Part shown: one piece after another, positions 55,166 through 63,617 of the stretch | Position numbering within the stretch: the stretch's first letter is position 1 | How the letters are laid out: every line of letters begins with the position of its first letter | Origin: Candidatus Oxydemutator sp. | GTDB lineage: Bacteria; Pseudomonadota; Gammaproteobacteria; Poriferisulfidales; Oxydemutatoraceae | DNA: 64,000 nucleotides | Direction: 5' to 3' | NCBI GenBank assembly: GCA_965203445.1 | Contig: OZ241883.1 | Coordinates: 1,920,001 to 1,984,000 of the forward strand | The notes under the pieces: generated by a model | Databases searched by the model: none | What the model was told of the DNA's origin: nothing | Seen by the model: the letters and a program-made list of their open reading frames with translations, nothing else | Position numbers and translations under genes: made by a program

Positions 55166-55825
55166 ATGGCTGTTGGAGATAGCTTGCGTAACCGTGTCCA
55201 ACTGTGGGGCGCGCCCGGATGCGTGAATACGGCGAAATGCCTGTTCACGGCGGGAGAAAAAGGCATGGACGTGACGACGATAATGTTCGATCCCTCTTCC
55301 TCCGAAGTAAAGTCGAGATCGCCGCTTGGTCTCGGTCCTATACTTTGTCATAGGGATTTTGTGGTAGTCGGACACGTGGCCGTCATGTCGTACATGGACG
55401 ACAAGGGATTTGGACCGTCCCTGATGATTAGAAACGGAGTCGTCCGCGCGTTGCAGCATCAGTGGTCGCACTACACCACCGACGCCGTGCAGCCCGCGAT
55501 GGAAGCGGACGATGAAGGCGCGCTGGGAAGCGCTTTCGACCAGCTGAACGACCGGCTGAACGAGCGCGGCGGCAACATACGCGGCGATTTTATCTGCGGG
55601 GACTTTTCGCTCGCCGATATTCACTGGGCCGCGTGCGCGAACATGTTGATCGCCAAAGGCAAGGGTTCGATTGTGGACGGCCGCCCGGCCGTCGCCAAAT
55701 GGTGGGGCTTGGTCAAGGAACATCCGAGCACCAGCAAGGAGAACATCAGGGCATTCGAATGTATGCCGACCCAGGCGGATATTCAATCCAATACCCTGCG
55801 CGACATCAATATTCACAACAACTGA
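55166..55825 (+). CDS. Glutathione S-transferase-like protein
   Basis: SPLGLGP cis-Pro-like segment, C-terminal FICGDFSLADIHW N-capping motif, 219 aa; AGGAG RBS. Confidence 0.75.
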   Translation: MAVGDSLRNRVQLWGAPGCVNTAKCLFTAGEKGMDVTTIMFDPSSSEVKSRSPLGLGPILCHRDFVVVGHVAVMSYMDDKGFGPSLMIRNGVVRALQHQWSHYTTDAVQPAMEADDEGALGSAFDQLNDRLNERGGNIRGDFICGDFSLADIHWAACANMLIAKGKGSIVDGRPAVAKWWGLVKEHPSTSKENIRAFECMPTQADIQSNTLRDINIHNN

Positions 55826-55851
55826 AACCACCGGATAATAAGGAGACGCGA

Positions 55852-56046
55852 ATGTTCAAGATAGTGGTCGCAATGCTCGTATGGTCCGGAGCGCTGGGTT
55901 ATGGTCTGTGGATGCTGGGCGTCCAGAACCACATGCATGATCCGCTATGGGCGATAGGTACCGGACTGGCTTTGCTGATTGGGCTCATGGTCAACGTCGT
56001 GCTGTTTTCCAAACTGCACGGCAACAAACCATGGGAATGGTTCTAA
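55852..56046 (+). CDS. Small two-TM membrane protein (64 aa), unknown function
   Basis: AAGGAG RBS; MFKIVVAMLVWSGALGYGLWML...HMHDPLWAIGTGLALLIGLMVNVVLF; tight operon spacing. Confidence 0.7.
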   Translation: MFKIVVAMLVWSGALGYGLWMLGVQNHMHDPLWAIGTGLALLIGLMVNVVLFSKLHGNKPWEWF

Positions 56047-56077
56047 AATGATTTTTCAACAACTACGGAGAAGTATA

Positions 56078-57508
56078 ATGAAAAAATCACAAATGACGTC
56101 GTCAGCAGCAAAGGGTCTGGTTCTCACCGTCTCCTTTTTGCTGATGCCGCTGGCCGCGGTGGCGGGGCCGTATGGATACGACTTGCACAACGTGCTGTCA
56201 CCGAAGGCCGCCGGCATGGCGGGCACGACGATCGCGGGACCGGGAGCAGGCCCGGTCGAGGCGGTCTATGGAAACCCCGCCAACCTCGCCGATTTCTTCG
56301 TCTCGAGGACCGGACAGACTGCGGGAACGCAGTTCACGTTCGGGGCGACGTTGTACCATCCGGAGGCTATTGCGAAGCATGGGGATCGGAATGTAGCAGC
56401 CCCTGGAACTAATGCTGCTAATAACCCCTGTATCACGTGTTTGGCTGGAGGCGCAGCGTTTCGTGAAAGATCTCAGGCTGAATCTTATGCGGTGCCGCAG
56501 GTTGGCTTTACCCAGGATCTTTCCGGGCTCGGCATACCTGTTGTCTTAGGCGGCGGTTTGTCGGCGGTTTCCGGCATCGGTGTAGATTGGCGCAGCAATC
56601 CGAACGCATTGGGTGTCGGTGCCGAATTCATTGTACTGGGAATCAACCTGGGAGCGGGTTATGAAGTGTCCCCGGCTATGGATGTGGGTGTTGCGGCGAC
56701 TATCAGTTACGCGATGCTTGAAGCCGGTTTGGCCGGGACCTCTGGGCAAGCGCATGATTATGGGATTCGCGGCACTCTCGGGGCGGATTATCACCTGACC
56801 GACTCGACCGACGTCGGGTTTTACGTTCAGAGCGAATTGCGGCACAACTGGAATGACTTTGTTTTGCTGAGTAATGAACCGCTATTAAATGCTGGTGGTC
56901 AGCCGACAGGTTTCGGTCGTATTCAGGCTGCTCAATATTCTGATCTGGATATTGAGCAACCGGCTAACCTTGCCTTTGGCATTTCACACAAATTCACCGA
57001 TGACCTGCGTATTGCGGCTGATGTAATCTATAAAAAATGGAGCGAGGCCGCCTTCTGGGAAAGGATTTACCATGATCAGACCGCGTTCTCGATTGGTGGT
57101 GAGTATGACATGGGTCCTTGGACGTTTCGGGCCGGCTACGGTTATGCGAATGATCCGAACCGCGACACGCCGAAGGGTGGTGCATTAGAAGGGAATGATT
57201 TCATTTGTACTGGATCACCACCGGCCAATGGCGCATGCCTGCCGTTGGCTGGTCCGCTTGGTACTGCGGTGTGGAGCTGGGTTCAGGCGATGGAAGGTCC
57301 TGTCATTTATGAACATCGTGTCAGCGCCGGCTTTACGTACCATGGTTTCTTGGCGCCGTTCCTGAATCTGGATGTGCACGTCGCACATCAAATGCAGGAA
57401 GACAGAGACTTCAGTGTCCCCGATTTCGGTCCGCTTAATTTTACAGATCACACCGAACTCGACGTCCAGTCCTGGCACGGAGGCTTCGCGCTGACCTGGG
57501 CGTTTTAA
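56078..57508 (+). CDS. FadL/TodX/OmpP1-family outer-membrane channel for hydrophobic substrates
   Basis: Signal peptide, GMAG...NPA hatch motif, amphipathic beta strands, RAGYGY, C-terminal Phe. Confidence 0.85.
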   Translation: MKKSQMTSSAAKGLVLTVSFLLMPLAAVAGPYGYDLHNVLSPKAAGMAGTTIAGPGAGPVEAVYGNPANLADFFVSRTGQTAGTQFTFGATLYHPEAIAKHGDRNVAAPGTNAANNPCITCLAGGAAFRERSQAESYAVPQVGFTQDLSGLGIPVVLGGGLSAVSGIGVDWRSNPNALGVGAEFIVLGINLGAGYEVSPAMDVGVAATISYAMLEAGLAGTSGQAHDYGIRGTLGADYHLTDSTDVGFYVQSELRHNWNDFVLLSNEPLLNAGGQPTGFGRIQAAQYSDLDIEQPANLAFGISHKFTDDLRIAADVIYKKWSEAAFWERIYHDQTAFSIGGEYDMGPWTFRAGYGYANDPNRDTPKGGALEGNDFICTGSPPANGACLPLAGPLGTAVWSWVQAMEGPVIYEHRVSAGFTYHGFLAPFLNLDVHVAHQMQEDRDFSVPDFGPLNFTDHTELDVQSWHGGFALTWAF

Positions 57509-57531
57509 CTACTACTACGGAGGGCAGCACT

Positions 57532-57804
57532 ATGCCTAAATTCATCATAGAGAGGGAAATCCCCAATGCGGGTTCCCTGTCCCAATCGGAGCTGCAAGGC
57601 GTCGCTCAGAAGTCGTGCAGCATCCTGAAGGACATGGGGCCGCAGATCCAATGGGTCGAAAGCCAAGTCACGGACGACAAGGTGTACTGCACGTACATCG
57701 CTCCCGACGAGGAGATGATCAGAAAACATGCAGAAGCCGGCGGCTTCCCAGCAAACAAAATATCAATGGTAAAAAGAACGATTGACCCAACAACGTCGGA
57801 ATAA
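57532..57804 (+). CDS. DUF4242 family protein
   Basis: MPKFIIEREIP.AG.LS, QWVES.VTDDKVYC.Y.APDEE.IR.HA..GGFPAN. Confidence 0.88.
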   Translation: MPKFIIEREIPNAGSLSQSELQGVAQKSCSILKDMGPQIQWVESQVTDDKVYCTYIAPDEEMIRKHAEAGGFPANKISMVKRTIDPTTSE

Positions 57805-57852
57805 CATACGAGAGATCATCAACATGGTAATACTCATAAGGTAGCGTTCATT

Positions 57853-57890
57853 ATCGGGTTGTCTCTTTTCCAAGAGACAACCCGATTTTT
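57853..57890 (+). terminator. Intrinsic terminator closing the monooxygenase cluster
   Basis: ATCGGGTTGTCTCTT-TTCC-AAGAGACAACCCGAT followed by a T run. Confidence 0.8.
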
Positions 57891-57931
57891 ATGTACGATT
57901 CATCAAAACCCAACCAGATCGGAGAGCCAGC

Positions 57932-58349
57932 ATGCCAGAACATAAAACCACGAAAGTCCTATTCCTCTTTTTCATAATACTGTCCTTATCCGCCTGTAGC
58001 ATTGGCATTGGTAGCGGGCGGCTCTATACCTCACCAGGAGTATCTTTAGAAGGTGTTAAATCAATTTTTGGTAAACACTATGATGATATAGATGAGATGG
58101 CTGAGCAGGAGCAGATAGAAGATATTGATGCCCTTATCGCAGACATATTTGATGGAGACCCTAACTCTTTTCAAGAAGCGACAGCGGTTCGCTCTGTCTG
58201 TAAATCGGGAGATGCAAAGAAGCAGGCTTTGTCTCGGAGCTCAACAGACGATGAAGATGCAGAGAAGCAGGCTTTGTCTCGAAGCTCAACAGAGACGAGG
58301 ACATGCTATAGGAATGAATTGCAAAATCTTATCCTGGGTAGATCAGAAA
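57932..58349 (+). pseudogene. Lipoprotein gene, 5' half (interrupted by IS1595 element)
   Basis: Lipobox LSAC (Cys22); frame continues into 60974-61494 when the IS and one TSD are removed. Confidence 0.85.
58211..58293 (+). repeat. 45-bp-period in-frame tandem duplication
   Basis: DAKKQALSRSSTDDE / DAEKQALSRSSTE; units start at 58211 and 58256. Confidence 0.85.
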
Positions 58350-58376
58350 GGGAATTATATACTTAAATCTACAAAA

Positions 58377-58556
58377 TCAGCGTTTAACCAGTTTCCATTT
58401 CTGGTGTAATTCTTCTTCTGTAGGCTTCTTATTTTCGTATTTGGCACGCTTCTTTATCGGTTTGAGTAAAACCCCTTTTATCGCAGATTCAAACTCCTCC
58501 ATAGAGATGGGTTTATAATCATCCGGGTTAAGTCCTTTTGGTTTTTTGTCGGTCAT
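58377..58556 (-). CDS. Small basic hypothetical protein (59 aa, not in ORF track), IS passenger
   Basis: AGGAG RBS; MTDKKPKGLNPDDYKPISMEEFESAIKGVLLKPIKKRAKYENKKPTEEELHQKWKLVKR; stop abuts the TIR. Confidence 0.65.
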   Translation of the reverse strand: MTDKKPKGLNPDDYKPISMEEFESAIKGVLLKPIKKRAKYENKKPTEEELHQKWKLVKR

Positions 58557-58564
58557 ATGAACTC

Positions 58565-59875
58565 CTATGCCGTCTTTCTGCCAAAGGTTATCTTGCGTTT
58601 CAGCAATTTCTCGCGGGCGGCGATTTTGGCCATCAGGTAATCCATAGGCCTATCACCCTTTATACGATTGCAGTTGCCACATAGCAGTTGGTAATTGCCG
58701 TAGGTATCCTGCCCGCCCTTGTTCTTGGGCACTATATGGTCTATTTCCAGATTCTCGTAGTTGTCCATGCCACAGGCATTGCATATCTTGCCGTATTCCT
58801 TTCCCAATCTCTTCTTTACTTGCTTCTTGTTCTTGGCATCAACTATATCCGTTATCTCTATATCCGTTCTGATCGGCACATCGGTTCTATGGACAAAATC
58901 TTTGAACAATCCGGCTTCATCGGACAATCTATCCACTACCAACTCGGCAGACTTCTTTTCAATATCTATTCCTATCCATCTGCGTTGTAATTGTTGCGCC
59001 GCAACCATTGTTGTTGCACATCCACAAAAAGGGTCCAAAACCACATTGCCTTTGTTGCTGCTTGCCTTAATGATCCGTTCAAGCAGGGCCAACGGTTTCT
59101 GCGTGGGGTAACCCAAACGCTCTTTTGATGTCCTACCAACCGCGTCCATGTTCCAATAGTCCCTACAACCCGTCATTGTGTAATATCCCCGTTCGTCCTT
59201 ATACAATTTTATGTTGGTCTTTGAAAAAAGGATATTCTGATAGGTTCCATGCTCATCACTAAGCGTTTTGTTCTTCTTGGAATGTCTTAATTGCCCTGTC
59301 AGGTATGACCTATCTTGCGGTATGTTGAAATTGTATTTCTTGCTTTTGCTGTAAAACAAAATTACATCGTGCTTCCGGCCGAAGAATCTTTTACTTGCTC
59401 CACCAGTCCGATAACACCAAAGAATTTCATTCAGAAAATTATTCTTGCCGAATACTCTATCGCAGATAATTTTCAAGTAGTGACTTGCTGTTTGATCACA
59501 ATGTAAGTAAAGACTGCCTGTAGGTTTCAACACCCTATGCATCTCCAGTATTCTTTGGGTCATGTAAGTAAGATACGCCATCATCGCCTTGCTATGCAGT
59601 ATTTCTACTGCTTCTATATACTGAACAAGATACGGGTAGTCATTCACCATTCTTTCCAGGTACGCCTCGTCAACGTCCTTCCAACTCCACATGTCCTTGA
59701 AAGAAGCACCGGCCGCCTTGCTGCCTATCGGTGCCGAATAAAACCGCTTGCTATTGAACGGGGGGTCAAGGTAAATCAAATCAACCGATTCACTGTTCAT
59801 CCCGTTCAGCACGTACAGGCAATCCCCAGTGAACAAGATATTCCTTTGTAAATCAAGGGGTTGCCCCCCCCGCAC
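58565..59875 (-). CDS. N6A/N4C DNA methyltransferase (beta-class motif order) fused to C-terminal HNH endonuclease
   Basis: YLDPPF (motif IV) precedes YPTQKP...VLDPFCGCAT (motif I); C-terminal CNAC...IDHIVP..GG....NYQLLC..CN..K. Confidence 0.9.
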   Translation of the reverse strand: MRGGQPLDLQRNILFTGDCLYVLNGMNSESVDLIYLDPPFNSKRFYSAPIGSKAAGASFKDMWSWKDVDEAYLERMVNDYPYLVQYIEAVEILHSKAMMAYLTYMTQRILEMHRVLKPTGSLYLHCDQTASHYLKIICDRVFGKNNFLNEILWCYRTGGASKRFFGRKHDVILFYSKSKKYNFNIPQDRSYLTGQLRHSKKNKTLSDEHGTYQNILFSKTNIKLYKDERGYYTMTGCRDYWNMDAVGRTSKERLGYPTQKPLALLERIIKASSNKGNVVLDPFCGCATTMVAAQQLQRRWIGIDIEKKSAELVVDRLSDEAGLFKDFVHRTDVPIRTDIEITDIVDAKNKKQVKKRLGKEYGKICNACGMDNYENLEIDHIVPKNKGGQDTYGNYQLLCGNCNRIKGDRPMDYLMAKIAAREKLLKRKITFGRKTA

Positions 59876-59906
59876 TATATGTAGTAGGTGCCACGGGTCT
59901 GGCCGG

Positions 59907-60830
59907 TTATGTGGTTAGTTCTTTGTACGAGATGCGCTTGCCTCCCATGCCCTGCACAAGCGATTCCATCCGATCAATAGTATCCACTTCGCAGTTGCCC
60001 TCGTTCAGGCGGAACGAGAACTCATCCACATAGCGATGCAGATGTTTCTTGCTGACATGGTGGAAGGTGCCGTGCACGCCTCTTTTCAGCAACGCCCACA
60101 CCGACTCGATACTGTTCGTATGAACCATGCCATCTACATACCTATTAGCGGAATGGTTGATGGCTTCATGTGTGTATCCTTGTAGTCCCGTATAGGCGCC
60201 ATGCTCATCAGTGAACACTCTTGAACCTTTCTCAATATTATCGTAGATAACATTCTGTAAAGTATGTTTATCGGTGTTGCCCACCGGCATCGCCTTCACA
60301 CGGCCTTTGCGCTCACGCATACCAAGTACAGGTGTTTTGCCGATAGTTCCCCGTCCGGCCTTCAGTTTCTTGTTCTCATGCTTGTTCCGTTCCATGCCCC
60401 CTATGTAGGCCTCATCCACTTCCACAATATGCGACAACTTGAACTCCCCCTGCTTGCAGGCCTCGCGGATGCGCTGCAACATATACCATGAAGACTTTTG
60501 GGTGATACCCAACTCTTTTGACAACTGCAAAGATGATATGCCCTTGCGTGCCGTCAACACGGCATAGATGGCTATGGCCCATTTGCGAATCCCAATTTTG
60601 GATGCGTGCATAACGGAACCCGTCTTAACAGTGAATGCCTTGCGACAATCCTTATGCCAGTATGTGAACTTTTTGCCCTTGTACGGGTTGATATTATCCA
60701 TGCCCCCGCAATGCGGGCACACCGGCTTGCCCTCCCATCTTGAACGTTCAAGCCAGGCAACAGCCTTGCGCTCGGTGCCGAACATGGAAGACAACTCTAT
60801 TATGCTAATCGTATTTGCTATTCTTTTCAT
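59907..60830 (-). CDS. IS1595-family (ISXO2-like DDE) transposase
   Basis: Zn ribbon CPHC...HKDC, KGISSLQL HTH, VEVDEAYIGG, TDE, HTNSIES, HHVSKKHL.RY..EF.FR.N. Confidence 0.94.
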   Translation of the reverse strand: MKRIANTISIIELSSMFGTERKAVAWLERSRWEGKPVCPHCGGMDNINPYKGKKFTYWHKDCRKAFTVKTGSVMHASKIGIRKWAIAIYAVLTARKGISSLQLSKELGITQKSSWYMLQRIREACKQGEFKLSHIVEVDEAYIGGMERNKHENKKLKAGRGTIGKTPVLGMRERKGRVKAMPVGNTDKHTLQNVIYDNIEKGSRVFTDEHGAYTGLQGYTHEAINHSANRYVDGMVHTNSIESVWALLKRGVHGTFHHVSKKHLHRYVDEFSFRLNEGNCEVDTIDRMESLVQGMGGKRISYKELTT

Positions 60831-60867
60831 GGCTTTTCTCCTCTCAATCAATCTCTGTTTGTAGATT

Positions 60868-60897
60868 ATTATACTGATATTATAATGTGTGTGTCAA
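60868..60897 (-). promoter_or_regulatory. Consensus sigma70 promoter of the IS1595 transposase/passenger operon
   Basis: Minus strand TTGACA-18 nt-TATAAT. Confidence 0.75.
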
Positions 60898-60973
60898 CCC
60901 TGCCCCTTTCTTATTGATATACAAAGGAATTATGGAACCTTTGTAGATTTAAGTATATAATTCCCATCAGAAA

Positions 60974-61494
60974 CCCGGTGTGGCAGATTTTTGCAGCATC
61001 TTAGGGGACAAAGTTCAGATCTTCATTATACTTTGGGAATCGCGTCCGTCGTAGCAGGTGCGTTCGCGACAGTTATTGAGCATGCCAAAACCGCCCAGAA
61101 GTTTTCCGGAGTATCTGCTGCTGCAACTGGAATCAGGGCGGAATATGACCAGAGTTATTTCAACCAATTGCTGATAAATACGATCGAAGGAGGTATCAGT
61201 AAAAAACGCAGGGAAATCAGGGATGAAATTGAGAAGAAGGCAAAGGGAGATATTAATACGTATGGCGTTAATCAGGCAGTTAAAGACGCGAGGCGGTATC
61301 ATGCCAGTTGTAATATTATTGCTGGGTTGAAAAAGGCAAGTGCAATTGATCATTCTATTGGCCTGAAGAAGTTTCAGGAGACGACCGAGGAGCTTAGGAA
61401 AGAAAGATTACGTATGCTAAAGGATCTAGAAGACCAAGAAAAAAAACAAGAAGAAGAAATAGAGGAGATCAAAAAACAAATAAACGGAGGGTAA
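60974..61494 (+). pseudogene. Lipoprotein gene, 3' half
   Basis: In-frame continuation ...LILGRSE|TRCGRFLQHL...; reconstructed protein 312 aa. Confidence 0.85.
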
Positions 61495-61577
61495 TAAACA
61501 ATCCTAGCGACGCGAATGATAATGAGGATGTAGCATAGTTTCTCGTTGGCTTGTTACAGCGGGTGTTCTGCCGTTTG

Positions 61578-62703
61578 TGACCTACCTCCCCTCAAGGAAT
61601 ACGAGGCGGGCGCCCGCATGGCGGATTTGTCTCGCAAATAGGGGGTCAGCGAGCAGAGTTTCTACCGCTGGAAGTCGAAGTATGGGGGAATGGATGTAAG
61701 CGAAGCGAGGCGCTTGAAGCAGTTGGAGGTGGAGAACGCCAAGTGGAAGCACCTGCTGGCGGAGGCGATATTAGACAAGAAGGCGTTGCAGGAGTTGGTA
61801 TCAAAAAAGTGGTGACGCCTGGGGCGCGCCGCCAGAACGTGCGGCACTTGGTGCGCCGCGACGTGGCGAGCGTGCGTCGGGCAGCACGTCCCTTGATGGG
61901 TTTGGTGGGATTGAGTCGTTCGGTGGCGCAGTATCGGCGCCACCGGCGAGGTCACGAGGCATTGCGAAGGCGTCTTTATGGAGTTGGCGCGGAAGTATCC
62001 GCGCTACGGGTATCTGACGCTGCACGGGCTGCTGCGTGCCGAAGGGCTGGTGGTGAACCGCAAGCGCACCTATCGCCTGTATTGCGAGCTAGGCTTGCAG
62101 GTGCGCCGGCAGCGGCGCAAGAAGCTGTCGCGCCCGCGCGTGGCGATACCGGCGCCCGGCGCCGCGAACCAGCACTGGTCTATGGACTTCGTATCGGATC
62201 AGTTGGCCTGCGGGCGCCGCTTTCGCATTCGGGGCGTCATAGACGACTACTCGCGCGAGTGCGTCGGTCAGATAGTGGGCACTTCGATAGGTAGCGAGCG
62301 CGTGGTTCGTTTCCCGGATGCTCTTGGCCAAAAGCGCGCGCTGCCCAAGACGCTGGTATGCGACAACGGGAGCAAGTTCGCCAGCAAAGCAATGTGTCTA
62401 TGGTCGAGAAGCAGCGGTGTGGAGTTGCACTTCATCCAACCCGGCAAGCCGGTGCACAATGTCTATGTGGGGCCTATGTGGAGAGTTTCAACGGGTTTGT
62501 GCGACGCCTGCCTGAACCAGCCCTGGTTCGCGGATTTGGGGGACGCCAAGCAGCTCATTGCCGACTGGCGCCATCACTACAACCACGTCAGGCCGCATAG
62601 TTCCTTGGGCTATGTAGCGCCAGCGGCATTCCTGAAGAAGGCCGCAGCCTGATACAATGGAATTTCTTTCAATGACTGCGACCCTAATTTAGGGGGAAGG
62701 TCA
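61578..62703 (+). mobile_element. Degenerate IS3-family (IS407-group-like) element
   Basis: TGACCT...AGGTCA ends; orfA lacks N-terminus and has TAG at 61639 (FYRWKSKYGG motif remains); A6G frameshift site at 61803-61809; orfB with WSMDF, DDYSRE, DNG, YN.VRPHSSLGY, frameshifted. Confidence 0.87.
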
Positions 62704-62761
62704 ATTTAGGGGGAAGGTCATTGAAAGAAAAGTTTTACGCAAAGGCCACAGATGAAAATAT

Positions 62762-63595
62762 GAACCTATCTCAAAATCAAATATCTGCTGATTATCGTGT
62801 ATGATCTATTGCATGGTACGATTGAGCGACGAGCAATGGGAACGCATACACAAGCACTTCCCAGAAGAGAACATCCCACCGGGTCGGGCCGGTCGCAAAC
62901 CAGTGCCGACAAGGAAGGTTCTCGAAGGCGTCCTGTGGATCCTCAACACGGGTGCGCAATGGAAGATGCTGCCGCAATGTTATCCGAATTACAAAACAGT
63001 TCACCGTCGTTTTCAACGGTGGTGTATGGACAACACCTTGCGCGATCTGTTGGTGGACTTGGCTAACGATTTACGCAAGGAAGGGATCGTGGACGAGAGG
63101 GAGTGTTATATAGATGGGATGTTTGCCGCGGCCAAAGGGGGTGGCGCCGAGGTGGGTAGGACGAAGCGCGGAAAAGGCGTCAGAATCATGGCCATAGTGG
63201 ATAAGCATGGTCTGCCGTTGTCGGTCAGTACGCACGCGGCGAACCATCACGAAGTGACCTTGGTGCAGTTGAGTTTTGACTTTTACATGATAGAGGCGAA
63301 GCCGAAGAACCTGATAGGGGATCGCGCCTATGATAGCGATGGTTTGGATGAGGAATTGCGCGCTTCGGGGATAGAGATGATAGCCCCGCACAAACGCAAT
63401 CGTAAGAAACGCAAGACCCAGGATGGTCGCAGACTGCGCCGTTACGAAAGACGCTGGATAGTGGAGAGAACTTTTGCATGGCTACAGTGGCAACGACGAG
63501 TGTTAACACGGTGGGAGTATTACGCGCATAACTTTTTTGGTTTTGTGCAGCTGGCTGCCATGATGATATTGATTAGGCAATTTTGAGATAGGTTC
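62762..63595 (+). mobile_element. IS5-family insertion sequence, apparently intact
   Basis: Perfect 16-bp TIR GAACCTATCTCAAAAT, flanked on both sides by AT; single transposase ORF. Confidence 0.9.
62813..63586 (+). CDS. IS5-family transposase
   Basis: LSDEQW, GVLWILNTGAQW, YIDG, GDRAYDSD, Y..RWIVERTFAWL. Confidence 0.92.
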   Translation: MVRLSDEQWERIHKHFPEENIPPGRAGRKPVPTRKVLEGVLWILNTGAQWKMLPQCYPNYKTVHRRFQRWCMDNTLRDLLVDLANDLRKEGIVDERECYIDGMFAAAKGGGAEVGRTKRGKGVRIMAIVDKHGLPLSVSTHAANHHEVTLVQLSFDFYMIEAKPKNLIGDRAYDSDGLDEELRASGIEMIAPHKRNRKKRKTQDGRRLRRYERRWIVERTFAWLQWQRRVLTRWEYYAHNFFGFVQLAAMMILIRQF

Positions 63596-63617
63596 ATGCA
63601 ATTCCTTGCCTCCTCGT

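Larger units (their letters stand above)
58350..60965 (-). mobile_element. IS1595-family element with passenger genes (2616 bp)
   Basis: Perfect 26-bp TIR GGGAATTATATACTTAAATCTACAAA (58350-58375 / 60940-60965); 8-bp TSD ATCAGAAA (58342-58349, 60966-60973). Confidence 0.95.

Noticed and set aside
58565-58800. IS-borne HNH as an IscB/OMEGA-type RNA-guided nuclease
   Set aside because: No RuvC or PLMP motifs, the HNH is fused to an MTase, and the element has no room for a sizeable guide ncRNA
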